A DNA stretch of 44,221 bases from Pseudomonadota bacterium (GTDB taxonomy: Bacteria > Pseudomonadota > Gammaproteobacteria > Burkholderiales > Sulfuriferulaceae). Location: the NCBI GenBank assembly GCA_021782795.1, contig JAJXUP010000001.1:1-44221 (forward strand), given 5' to 3'. The notes under the pieces were generated by a model. The model did not search any database, was not told the origin of the DNA, and saw only the letters and a list, made by a program, of their open reading frames with translations. A program made the position numbers and the translations under genes. Below, one piece after another: positions 22,240 to 31,387 of the stretch. Position 1 is the stretch's first letter, and each line of letters starts with the position of its first letter.

Positions 22240-22865
22240 TCCGCATCCAGATCGCGGACGACCATGCCATCGTGCGCGAAGGGCTCAAACAGTTGTTTGC
22301 CATGTACCGCGACGTGACCGTGGTTGGCGAGTCGGTGCATGGCGGGCAATTGCTCGAGGTGCTGCGTCAGGGAGAGATCGACCTGGTGCTGCTCGACATG
22401 ACCATGCCGGGGATCAGCGGCATCGACCTGATCGAACGTATCCGTGCGCATTACCCGCAACTGCCGCTGTTGGTGCTGAGCATGCACAATGAGGCGCAGA
22501 TCGCGCGGCGGGCGATCGAGGCGGGCGCATCGGGGTACCTGACCAAGGACAATGATCCGGAAATGCTCATGCTGGCGATTCGCAAGGTGGCGGGCGGCGG
22601 CCGGTTTGTCGATCCGTTGCTTGCGCAGGAAATGGTGTTTGATCGGGCTGCCGGGACACAGCGCGCGCCGCACGAAGCGTTGTCCGACCGCGAACAGCAT
22701 ATCCTGCGGCTGCTGGTGCAGGGATTGAGCATCAATGAAATTGCCGACCAGCTGTCGATCAGCAACAAGACAGTCAGTACGCACAAGGCGCGGCTGATGC
22801 AAAAGATGCAGTTGCGCAACAATGCCGAACTGATGCGGTACGGTATCGAATACCACCTCGTCTGA
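22236..22865 (+). CDS. NarL/FixJ-family response regulator (REC + LuxR HTH)
   Basis: IADDHAIVREG, LLDMTMPG, GYLTK, LSDRE...IADQLSISNKTVSTHKARLMQK; ATGA overlap with the kinase. Confidence 0.95.
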   Translation: MIRIQIADDHAIVREGLKQLFAMYRDVTVVGESVHGGQLLEVLRQGEIDLVLLDMTMPGISGIDLIERIRAHYPQLPLLVLSMHNEAQIARRAIEAGASGYLTKDNDPEMLMLAIRKVAGGGRFVDPLLAQEMVFDRAAGTQRAPHEALSDREQHILRLLVQGLSINEIADQLSISNKTVSTHKARLMQKMQLRNNAELMRYGIEYHLV

Positions 22866-23045
22866 TATTGACTGCCCGCTCAAAACCGCGTCATGCGGCA
22901 AATCCGGACGCGAGGCATCATGACCGGCTGGGGTGAAATCAGGGTACGGTGCGCCCCGGAGCCTGACGGGAACCGGCACGGGAGTGTTGCCAGTCGATCG
23001 GTCTGACTGCGGTGGCCGCGTCGGACAGGATATGCCAGTGCCCCT

Positions 23046-23106
23046 GTCAGGAAATTCCTACACTGCATTCCGTTTTTCTGAGCCGGTTTTCAAGATTGCC
23101 TGATAG
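23046..23106 (+). promoter_or_regulatory. Three-box regulatory element, copy 1
   Basis: GTCAGGAAATTCCTAC (23046), CCGTTTTTCTGA (23070), TCAAGATTGCCTGATAG (23090); repeated with matching spacing at 24720-24781. Confidence 0.6.
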
Positions 23107-23162
23107 TGTGCTGCACGACTTTGTTTCATGCTGCGTCTGTTTCAATGCGTCATGGACATGGG

Positions 23163-24734
23163 ATGAAAGGCGGAAAATCCACGGAGCGTGTACGCGCGCT
23201 GGTCGATAATCACGGCGTTGCCATCCGCTTGCCCGCGATCGAATGGCATTCGCCAGGCGCAATCCTGGCACGGCTTGCCGCCGGGCGTGAACGCTATCTG
23301 CTGCGTCAGCTCGAAGGCCGCCAGGCCGGGCTGGCGGCCAGCGTACCCGGTTTCATCTATACCGTGCGTCGCGAAAGCGACGGCAGGACGCATTTTCTGT
23401 TTACCAGCCATGGCGTGGAACACCTGTTCGGCCTGAGCCCGGAGGACGTGCGCGATGATGTGAACCTGTTGCGGCGGCAGTACCACCCGGATGACCTGCC
23501 GCGGTACCTGGAACGCCTGGAATATTCGCAGAATAATCTGCTGCCTTTCCGTATCGAGTTGCGTATTTTTCACCGCGACCGGAGCATGCGCTGGGTCGAG
23601 ATCCGCTCCATGCCGCAGCGTGCGGAAGGGGGGGCGTTCGACTGGCATGGCCTGATGATCGACATCACCGAGCGCAAGTCGGTCGAGCACGAACTGCAAC
23701 GCAAGGAACAGGAATACCGGACCCTTGCAGACAATATCCCTGATGTGATCGCGCGCTACGATACACGGTTGCGTCTGATGTATGTGAATCGAGCCTTCGA
23801 AAGCCTGTGCGGCATGCCATCGTCGATTCTGCTGGGACAGCATGCCGGGCGCGGACCGCTGTGGTTCGAGCGGGATCGCAGGGTGCTGGTGGCGACACTG
23901 GAAGAGGTGCTGAACACAACCACCGAGTGCGAGATTGAGGTGGGCTGTTACGACGAACCTGGCACAGAACACGTCTACCTGTTGCGTTGCGTGCCCGAAT
24001 TCGATGCCGACGGTTATGCCACCAGTGTGCTCACCGTCGGGCGGGAAATCACGTCCCTCAAACACACCGAATACGAAATGCTGCAATCGCACCTGCGTTT
24101 GCGGCAACTGGCCATCCGTCGCGACGACAAGCATATGGAATCCTCGCGGCGCATGGCCGAATCGGTGCATGAAGGCATCGGCCAGTGTCTCGCGGCATTG
24201 CGCATGCAATTGTCTGCCATGAACGGGATCGATGCACCCTGGCAGCAGCGTGTGGCCACGATGCATGGCCTCGTTGATGATGCCATTGCCCGCATGCGCG
24301 ATGTGACCCTTTCGTTGCGTCCCAAGGCGTTCGATCTGGGGGTGAAGAGTGCCCTTGAATGGATGTGCGGGCGCTTTGCGGCACAGTACGCCGTGGGCTG
24401 CGATGCTGTGGTGGACACATCAGCAAGCCAGATGGGCGATACGTGCGTGCGCGTGATTTACCAGATCACCGAAATCGCGCTGGACAATATTGCGCGCCAT
24501 GCCGACGCCCGTCAGGTACATATCGTTCTCGACAGCGTTGACGGACGTTACCGGCTCAGGATCAGTGACGACGGCAAGGGGTTCAATATTCTGCAGCGCA
24601 GTGCTGCCCGTGTGAGCGAACTCGAATGGGCTCAGGAGCAGGTGGCTGGCCTCGGGGGGGAGTTCGTGGTGTGCAGCCAGCCGGGTCAGGGCACCATGGT
24701 CGAAGCGCTGTTGCCGGGGGTAGGAAAGTCCTGA
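23163..24734 (+). CDS. PAS-PAS HisKA_3-type sensor kinase (partly degenerate)
   Basis: Two PAS/PAC domains (VPGFIY...HPDD...RWVEIRS...WHGLMIDITERK; LADNIPDVIARYD..R.MYVN...VGREIT), SVHEGIGQ H-box, LDNIARHA, DDGKGF, GQGT. Start uncertain. Confidence 0.85.
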   Translation: MKGGKSTERVRALVDNHGVAIRLPAIEWHSPGAILARLAAGRERYLLRQLEGRQAGLAASVPGFIYTVRRESDGRTHFLFTSHGVEHLFGLSPEDVRDDVNLLRRQYHPDDLPRYLERLEYSQNNLLPFRIELRIFHRDRSMRWVEIRSMPQRAEGGAFDWHGLMIDITERKSVEHELQRKEQEYRTLADNIPDVIARYDTRLRLMYVNRAFESLCGMPSSILLGQHAGRGPLWFERDRRVLVATLEEVLNTTTECEIEVGCYDEPGTEHVYLLRCVPEFDADGYATSVLTVGREITSLKHTEYEMLQSHLRLRQLAIRRDDKHMESSRRMAESVHEGIGQCLAALRMQLSAMNGIDAPWQQRVATMHGLVDDAIARMRDVTLSLRPKAFDLGVKSALEWMCGRFAAQYAVGCDAVVDTSASQMGDTCVRVIYQITEIALDNIARHADARQVHIVLDSVDGRYRLRISDDGKGFNILQRSAARVSELEWAQEQVAGLGGEFVVCSQPGQGTMVEALLPGVGKS

Positions 24735-24781
24735 CCCGGCTGTGCCGTTCGTCTGACAGGAAAATCAAGAATGCCTGATGG
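24720..24781 (+). promoter_or_regulatory. Three-box regulatory element, copy 2 (upstream of the che operon)
   Basis: GTAGGAAAGTCCTGAC (24720), CCGTTCGTCTGA (24745), TCAAGAATGCCTGATGG (24765). Confidence 0.6.
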
Positions 24782-24807
24782 TTCCATTTGTTTGTCATGG
24801 GTAATCT

Positions 24808-25974
24808 GTGTTCCATGCAGCAGTCAAGCAAATGGAGGCAGAAGTGGCAGACAGCAGGCGTTGGATCAGCGAAAACTGGCAAGTGGGCCTACCGGGCCTG
24901 ATTGGAGTGACGGGACTGTTCGGTGCCGCAGGCAATGTGTGGGTGGCGCTGCCAGCAGCATGTCTGGTTGCGGGCACCACCGTCTGGGCCATGTATCGCC
25001 AGCAACGCGAGCGGCGGGCACATCGTGCAGACATTGAGTCCTGGATGGAAAGCATGGCCGGCATGGAATCGCTGGCCGGGGTGTGGGCGCGTCAGGTCGA
25101 CACGGGCCGCTCGCACGTAGAGCAGGCGACCGGGCAACTGACCGGTCGGTTCGCTGGCATCGTCACCCAACTGGATCAGACCGTGCAGGCTTCGTCGCTG
25201 TCGCAGGGGAGTGATCAGGGCGTGCATGAAGTGTTCCAGCGCAGCGAACAGCACTTGCAGAAAACCGCGGACACCCTGCTTGAAGTCATCGGTCATGCCG
25301 AACAGTTGCTGGTCGAAGTCGGCAATCTGGTGCCGTTTACCCGCGAGTTGCAGGAAATGGCATTGATCGTGGCAGATATTGCGAGCCAGACCAACCTGCT
25401 CGCACTCAATGCAGCGATCGAGGCTGCGCGTGCCGGTGAGGCGGGGCGCGGTTTTGCCGTGGTCGCCAAGGAAGTCCGCATGCTGGCCGGCAAGTCGGGC
25501 GAGGCCGGAAAGCGCATTTCTGAGACCAGCAAACTGATCGGCGAGGCAATCAGTTCTGCCTGGCAGACCGCACAAAGTAATGCCGAGAGTGACCGGCAGT
25601 CTGGTACACAGGTTCGCAACACCATCCGCAGCGTGCTCGACGATCTGCAGGGCATGACCGCCGGTCTGGCCCAGGCCGCCGATGCGTTGCGCGATTCGAG
25701 CCGGCACATCCAGGCCGAAGTCGCCGATTCACTGGTTGCATTACAGTTTCAGGACCGGGTGAGCCAGATTCTGGTTCATGTGACCGACAACATGAAATCG
25801 CTGGAAGCACACCATGGCCTGGGCGCACAGGCGGAAGAGGGCGCGACCTTGCGCCCGGTGGATTACATGATTCTGCTGGAGAATCTGGAACGCGATTACG
25901 CAACGATCGAAGAACGCAACAATCATCTTGGGGCAAATGAAGCTGCCCAGGGTGGCGAAATCACATTTTTCTAG
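24808..25974 (+). CDS. Atypical methyl-accepting chemotaxis-like protein (no ligand-binding domain)
   Basis: Hairpin tip [34 protein letters not shown]; short N-terminal hydrophobic hairpin; LQFQDRVSQ; ends EITFF. Real start may be GTG 24844, which follows GGAGG. Confidence 0.85.
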   Translation: MFHAAVKQMEAEVADSRRWISENWQVGLPGLIGVTGLFGAAGNVWVALPAACLVAGTTVWAMYRQQRERRAHRADIESWMESMAGMESLAGVWARQVDTGRSHVEQATGQLTGRFAGIVTQLDQTVQASSLSQGSDQGVHEVFQRSEQHLQKTADTLLEVIGHAEQLLVEVGNLVPFTRELQEMALIVADIASQTNLLALNAAIEAARAGEAGRGFAVVAKEVRMLAGKSGEAGKRISETSKLIGEAISSAWQTAQSNAESDRQSGTQVRNTIRSVLDDLQGMTAGLAQAADALRDSSRHIQAEVADSLVALQFQDRVSQILVHVTDNMKSLEAHHGLGAQAEEGATLRPVDYMILLENLERDYATIEERNNHLGANEAAQGGEITFF

Positions 25975-25988
25975 AAAAGGGTGCAACC

Positions 25989-26357
25989 ATGGCAAAAACC
26001 ATCATGATCGTGGACGATTCGGCGACACTGCGCCAGGTGGTGTCGATCGCCCTCAAGGGCGCAGGTTATGACGTGCTCGAAGCATCTGACGGCAAGGATG
26101 CGCTGGCCCGGCTGACCGGACAGAAGGTCCATCTGGTGATCAGTGACGTCAATATGCCCAATATGGATGGGCTGACGTTCGTGACTGAAATGAAGAAACT
26201 TCCGGCCTACAAGTTCACTCCGGTCATCATGCTCACCACCGAAGCTGGCGCTGACAAAAAAGCGCAGGGCCAGGCGGCTGGCGCCAAGGCATGGGTGGTC
26301 AAGCCGTTCCAGCCGGCGCAGATGCTGGCTGCCGTTTCAAAACTGGTGCTGCCCTGA
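25989..26357 (+). CDS. cheY: CheY-like single-domain response regulator
   Basis: IVDDS, ISDVNMPNMDG, MLTTE, AWVVKPF; within the che operon. Confidence 0.93.
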   Translation: MAKTIMIVDDSATLRQVVSIALKGAGYDVLEASDGKDALARLTGQKVHLVISDVNMPNMDGLTFVTEMKKLPAYKFTPVIMLTTEAGADKKAQGQAAGAKAWVVKPFQPAQMLAAVSKLVLP

Positions 26358-26374
26358 GCGGGCCGGAGGCAGAC

Positions 26375-26704
26375 ATGGGGGATGCACGCATACAGCTGGG
26401 ACAGTTCGTCATCGAGGGCGAACTGACGATTTACCGCGTGACCGAGTTGCAGCAGACACTGCTGGATCTGTTGCGGCGTTGCGATGCCGTGGACGCAGAC
26501 CTGTCGCAGGTGAACGAGATCGATGGCGCAGGCTTGCAATGGATGGTCGCAGCCAAGCGCGAGGCCAATCGCCAGCACAAGCCGCTGCGGTTTGCCGGAC
26601 ACAGCCGGCCAGTGCAGGAAGCACTGGACTTGTGTGACCTCGGCGCATTCTTTGGCGACCAGGTGGTCATCTCGTCACAGGCCTGGGAAGGGGCAGGATC
26701 ATGA
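26375..26704 (+). CDS. STAS-domain protein
   Basis: IEGELTIY, DLSQVNEIDGAGLQ; GGAGG RBS; sits between cheY and cheA. Confidence 0.88.
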   Translation: MGDARIQLGQFVIEGELTIYRVTELQQTLLDLLRRCDAVDADLSQVNEIDGAGLQWMVAAKREANRQHKPLRFAGHSRPVQEALDLCDLGAFFGDQVVISSQAWEGAGS

Positions 26705-28884
26705 ATCTGGATGATGCGCTGAAAACGTTCATCAACGAAAGTCGTGAGCTGCTCGAACAGATGGAAGAAGCCTTGCTCGGCATCGAGCAACAGCCGGACG
26801 ACGCCGAACTCATCAATGGCATTTTCCGTGCGGCGCACACGATCAAGGGTTCGGCCGGGCTGTTTGGCCTGGAGCAGATCGTTGCGTTCACCCATGTGGC
26901 CGAAAGCGTGCTCGATCGCGTGCGCGACTCGTTGCTGGTCATCGATGCCGAGCTGGTGGCGATCCTGCTCGCCTCGCGCGACCACATCGGCTCGCTGATC
27001 GATCATCTGGCTCAGGGCGAAACGCCGGACGCGGCGACGCATCGGCAGGGCAGCGAACTGACCGAGCGACTGCACCGTTATCTCAACCAGACGCCGGCAG
27101 CAGCCAGAGCGGCAATGCCGGTCGAGCATGCGCAGATTCCGGAACGCGAGACCGGTCGGGTCGCCGATACCGACAATTGGCATATTTCGTTGCGTTTCGG
27201 CAGGGAAGTGTTGCGAAATGGCATGGATCCGCTGGCATTCTTGCGTTATCTCGGCACACTGGGCCGGATCGTGCGCATTGTCACGCTGACGGACGACATC
27301 CCGGCGCTGTCGGAACTGGATGCCGAAGGATGCTGGCTGGGTTTTGAAATCGTGTTCAGCAGCGAAGCCGACAAAGCCACGATCGAAAGCGCGTTCGATT
27401 TCGTGCGCGAGGACAGTCATATCCGTATTTTGCCACCCCGGAGCCGGATTGCCGAATACCTGCGCCTGATCGATGCGCTGCCCAACGAAGACATGCGCCT
27501 GGGTGAGATTCTCGTGCGTTGCGGCACGCTCACACCTGCTGAGCTGGACAGCATGCTGGAAATGCAGCGCCAGGGAGACGCAACGGAACATGCGCCGATC
27601 GGTGAGGTGCTGGTGGAGCAGAAAGTGGTCCAGGAACCGGTGGTCGAAGCGGCGCTGGTGCGGCAGAAGCAGATCAAGGAAAACCGCAACGCGCAGAATG
27701 CCTCGATTCGTGTGGATTCCGCCCGGCTCGACCAGCTCATCAACCTGGTCGGTGAGCTCATCATCGTTGGATCGAGCGCCAATCTGATCGCACGCCAGAT
27801 TGCGCATCCCGCTTTGCTGGAAGTCACTTACAACATGACCCGCATGGTGGAAGAAGTGCGGGATTCGGCAATGTCGCTGCGCATGGTGCAGATCGGCGCG
27901 ACATTCAGCCGTTTTCAGCGGGTGGTGCATGATGTGGCGCAGGAACTGGGCAAAGATATTCGTCTGGAAATTTCCGGGGGTGAAACCGAGCTGGACAAGA
28001 CGGTGGTGGAAAAAATCACCGATCCGCTGACGCATCTGGTGCGCAATGCCATGGATCATGGCATTGAATCGCGTGCGCAGCGCGCGGCAAATGGCAAACC
28101 CGAACAGGGTGTGCTGCGTCTCAATGCGTGGCACGAGTCGGGCAGCATCGTCATCGAGGTGGCTGATGACGGTGGCGGACTCAATACGGAAAAGATTCGT
28201 GCCAAGGCCATCGAACGCGGATTGATCGCAGCCGATGCCGGTTTGAGCGAACACGATATTCATCAGCTGATCTTTGCCGCCGGATTTTCCACCGCAGATG
28301 CGGTCAGCAATCTGTCCGGACGTGGCGTGGGCATGGATGTGGTGCGCAGCAACATCGAATCCCTGCGCGGTAGCGTCGAACTGTTGAGCCAGGCGGGTGC
28401 CGGAACGGCGGTACGCATCCATTTGCCACTGACGCTGGCGATCATCGACGGCTTTCTCGTGGGGGTGGGCCGGGAGCGTTATGTCATTCCGCTGGAGACA
28501 GTGGAGGAATGTATCCAGTTTTCCGTGACCGAGCTGAATCTGGCGTCTGGCGAGGCAGGGTATATGGATTTGCGTGGCGAGGTGTTGCCGTGTGTGCGTC
28601 TGCGCGATGTGTTCGATGTGCGTCACAGCAGTGCGACGCGCGAAAGCATTGTGGTGGTACGGCATGGTGCGCGCCGTGTCGGGCTGGTGGTCAATGCGCT
28701 CTATGGCGAACTGCAGGCCGTGATCAAGCCGCTGGGCCGACTGTTCGAGGCGGCTCAGGGGGTCGGGGGCTTCACCATCCTCGGGGATGGCGAGGTGACC
28801 CCGGTGATCGACGTGGCGCGCTTGATCGAGCTTTCGGCCGGACCGCTGCATTCCCGGGCAGGCGGCCTGCCCGCAGCGGCATGA
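26701..28884 (+). CDS. cheA: Chemotaxis histidine kinase CheA
   Basis: FRAAHTIKG (Hpt), SIRVD..RLDQLINLVGEL, HLVRNAMDHGIE, DDGGG, GFST, SGRGVGMDVV, LPLTLAI, C-terminal CheW domain. Confidence 0.97.
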   Translation: MNLDDALKTFINESRELLEQMEEALLGIEQQPDDAELINGIFRAAHTIKGSAGLFGLEQIVAFTHVAESVLDRVRDSLLVIDAELVAILLASRDHIGSLIDHLAQGETPDAATHRQGSELTERLHRYLNQTPAAARAAMPVEHAQIPERETGRVADTDNWHISLRFGREVLRNGMDPLAFLRYLGTLGRIVRIVTLTDDIPALSELDAEGCWLGFEIVFSSEADKATIESAFDFVREDSHIRILPPRSRIAEYLRLIDALPNEDMRLGEILVRCGTLTPAELDSMLEMQRQGDATEHAPIGEVLVEQKVVQEPVVEAALVRQKQIKENRNAQNASIRVDSARLDQLINLVGELIIVGSSANLIARQIAHPALLEVTYNMTRMVEEVRDSAMSLRMVQIGATFSRFQRVVHDVAQELGKDIRLEISGGETELDKTVVEKITDPLTHLVRNAMDHGIESRAQRAANGKPEQGVLRLNAWHESGSIVIEVADDGGGLNTEKIRAKAIERGLIAADAGLSEHDIHQLIFAAGFSTADAVSNLSGRGVGMDVVRSNIESLRGSVELLSQAGAGTAVRIHLPLTLAIIDGFLVGVGRERYVIPLETVEECIQFSVTELNLASGEAGYMDLRGEVLPCVRLRDVFDVRHSSATRESIVVVRHGARRVGLVVNALYGELQAVIKPLGRLFEAAQGVGGFTILGDGEVTPVIDVARLIELSAGPLHSRAGGLPAAA

Positions 28885-29002
28885 ACCGGATGACAGGATG
28901 GGCTGGTGATGGGAAGGCAATAAAAACGCGGCGGTGTCATGGCCTGGATGCTGTGGCGACTGCTGGAGGCAATCGGAATTTTTATCTGACTAGTTTGGGA
29001 GA

Positions 29003-30634
29003 ATGACCATGTTCAACAATCTGAAAATCGGCGTCAGGATGGGTCTGGCGTTTGTCATCCTGCTGGGGCTGATGCTGTTGCTCGGTAATGAGGGGCTGTC
29101 GCAGCTGGGCAACATGAACAAATCGATGCAGGACATCATGCAGTTGCGTTATCCGCAAAGCAGCGAGGCCAACAAGATCGCCATCACTGTGGAAGAAATG
29201 GGACGTGCGGCGCGTGATATGGCGCTGACTGACTCGGCCGAAGACATCCGTCGCCAGATCGACATCATCCAGACTGATCGGCAGCACAATACCGAACTGC
29301 TGGACAAGCTGGAGAAATCGCTGGTCACCGAAGAAGGCAAGCGGTTGTTCGATACCGTGCATCAGACGCGAGAGAAGTATAAGGAAGCTCAGGACCAGTA
29401 TGTCGGCCTGATCCAGAGCGGCAAGCATGATCAGGCGGTGACGTTCCTGCTCAGCGATGTGCGCCCGGCTCAGGAAGGCTACCTGAAGGCCATCAATGAC
29501 AATATCAAGTTTTATGAGGACGGCATGGATCAGGCGGAGGCCGTGGCGCAGGAAGACTACCAGTCGGCCCGCCACAGCACGATCGTGATCGGTGCGGTGG
29601 CGCTGGCGCTCGGCATCGGACTGGCCCTGTGGATCACGCTGTCGATCACCCGCCCGATCAATCAGGCTGTAACTGCCGCGAACCGACTGGCGGAAGGTGA
29701 CCTGACCGTGCGTCTGAACGTGAGTTCGCGTGATGAGGTCGGGCAGATGATGCGGGCCATGCAGAACATGGTGGAAAAGATTTCCGCCATCATCACCGAA
29801 GTGCGCAGCGCGGCCGACAATCTGTCGGCGGCTTCCGAACAGGTGTCTGCGACCGCGCAGTCGCTGTCGCAGGCGTCGTCCGAACAGGCCGCCAGTGTGG
29901 AGGAAACGTCGGCGTCGGTGGAGCAGATGTCGGCATCGATCAACCAGAACACGGAAAATTCCAAAGTGACCGATGGCATGGCGACCACTGCGGCCAGACA
30001 GGCAGTCGAGGGCGGCAAGGCGGTGGTGGAAACGGTTGCGGCCATGAAACAGATCGCCGACAAGATCGGCATCATCGACGACATTGCCTATCAGACGAAC
30101 CTGCTGGCCCTGAATGCGGCGATCGAGGCGGCGCGTGCGGGCGAGCACGGCAAGGGGTTCGCGGTGGTGGCCGCCGAAGTGCGCAAGCTGGCTGAACGCA
30201 GCCAGGTCGCAGCGCAGGAGATCGGTGAAACCGCCAAGGGTAGCGTTGGTCTGGCCAGCCGTGCCGGGGAACTGCTCGATGAGATCGTACCAGCCATCAC
30301 GCGGACCTCCGATCTGGTGCAGGAAATCAGTGCTGCGTCGCAGGAACAGTCTGCAGGCGTGTCACAGATCAATATGGCGATGGGTCAGCTCAATTCGGTG
30401 ACCCAGCAGAATGCATCCAGCAGTGAAGAGCTGGCGGCGACGTCCGAGGAAATGAGTGGACAGGCCGAGCAGTTGCAGCAATTGATGCAGTTCTTCCGTC
30501 TCAACGAGGAAACATCGCGTGCGTCGATGCCGACAATGCACCGTGCGCCCCAGTCCGGAGTGAAGGCTGTGCGCGCCAAACCGGTGCTTGCAGCCCAGAG
30601 CGAAGCTCCTGAGTCCGGCTTCGTTGCATTCTAG
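29003..30634 (+). CDS. Transmembrane chemoreceptor (four-helix-bundle LBD, HAMP, short signalling domain)
   Basis: Two TM segments flanking a helical LBD, HAMP (ITRPI...GDL...DEVG), [40 protein letters not shown]; ends GFVAF. Confidence 0.95.
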   Translation: MTMFNNLKIGVRMGLAFVILLGLMLLLGNEGLSQLGNMNKSMQDIMQLRYPQSSEANKIAITVEEMGRAARDMALTDSAEDIRRQIDIIQTDRQHNTELLDKLEKSLVTEEGKRLFDTVHQTREKYKEAQDQYVGLIQSGKHDQAVTFLLSDVRPAQEGYLKAINDNIKFYEDGMDQAEAVAQEDYQSARHSTIVIGAVALALGIGLALWITLSITRPINQAVTAANRLAEGDLTVRLNVSSRDEVGQMMRAMQNMVEKISAIITEVRSAADNLSAASEQVSATAQSLSQASSEQAASVEETSASVEQMSASINQNTENSKVTDGMATTAARQAVEGGKAVVETVAAMKQIADKIGIIDDIAYQTNLLALNAAIEAARAGEHGKGFAVVAAEVRKLAERSQVAAQEIGETAKGSVGLASRAGELLDEIVPAITRTSDLVQEISAASQEQSAGVSQINMAMGQLNSVTQQNASSSEELAATSEEMSGQAEQLQQLMQFFRLNEETSRASMPTMHRAPQSGVKAVRAKPVLAAQSEAPESGFVAF

Positions 30635-30643
30635 GAGGCGGCC

Positions 30644-31174
30644 ATGGGAGCATTGGTCAAAATGGACAATGCCGCGACGGAGGTCCGGACGCGGCAGGAG
30701 CCGGAACAGTATCTGACGTTCCTGCTCGGGGGCGAAATGTTTGCCATCGGTATCCTGGTGATCAAGGAAATCATCGAATTCGGCCAGGTGACGGAAGTGC
30801 CGCGTATGCCTGGTTGCGTTCGCGGGGTGATCAATCTGCGCGGTGCTGTGGTGCCGGTCATCGATCTCTCCGTGCGTTTCGGTCGTCCGGTGACCGAGCC
30901 AGGACGTCGCACCTGCATCGTGATCGTCGAAACTGGCGAAGGCGAAGCGCGGCAGGTGATCGGGGTCATGGTCGATGCGGTGAGCGAGGTGCTGGAAATC
31001 CCGCAGGCCGATATCGAACCGGCGCCAGGGTTTGGCACCCGTATCCGCGCGGATTTCATTGCCGGGATGGGCAAGGTGCGCGGGCGGTTCGTCATGATAC
31101 TCAATGTCGAGCAAGTATTCCTGATCGACGAGATGGCCGGACTGGACACGGCCGAGACACAGGTTGCGCATTGA
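30644..31174 (+). CDS. cheW: Chemotaxis coupling protein CheW
   Basis: QYLTFLLGGE.FAI.I..IKEII, GVINLRGAVVPVIDL, GVMVDAVSEV. Confidence 0.95.
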   Translation: MGALVKMDNAATEVRTRQEPEQYLTFLLGGEMFAIGILVIKEIIEFGQVTEVPRMPGCVRGVINLRGAVVPVIDLSVRFGRPVTEPGRRTCIVIVETGEGEARQVIGVMVDAVSEVLEIPQADIEPAPGFGTRIRADFIAGMGKVRGRFVMILNVEQVFLIDEMAGLDTAETQVAH

Positions 31175-31387
31175 GGGCACCGGTTCAGGCGTCTGACTGG
31201 ATGGGTGGGCACAGGATTGGGTGGTTGTGGTGAACGAACCGGTAAGCTGGATGAAAATGAACTTCTGCGCCTCGGCAGGGGCGATTTGTCAGGGAGCGGA
31301 CGCAATGCATTTCATTGACTGGGTCGGCATGCTGTCGGTAAGAACCGGTGTGCCTGCGGCACTGCTTGCGGTGTTTACGGAGCCGGC

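Noticed and set aside
23090-23106. TCAAG...GCCTGATA as a sigma28 promoter
   Set aside because: Only 3 nt separate the elements, whereas sigma28 needs about 14-15; treated as part of the three-box element instead.
26431-28920. 829-aa minus-strand ORF
   Set aside because: Antisense shadow of cheA/STAS with no recognisable motifs; expected from GC-rich codon bias.
28975-28991. CGGAATTTTTATCTGAC as another box-1 copy upstream of the second MCP
   Set aside because: Half-site spacing differs and boxes 2 and 3 are absent.
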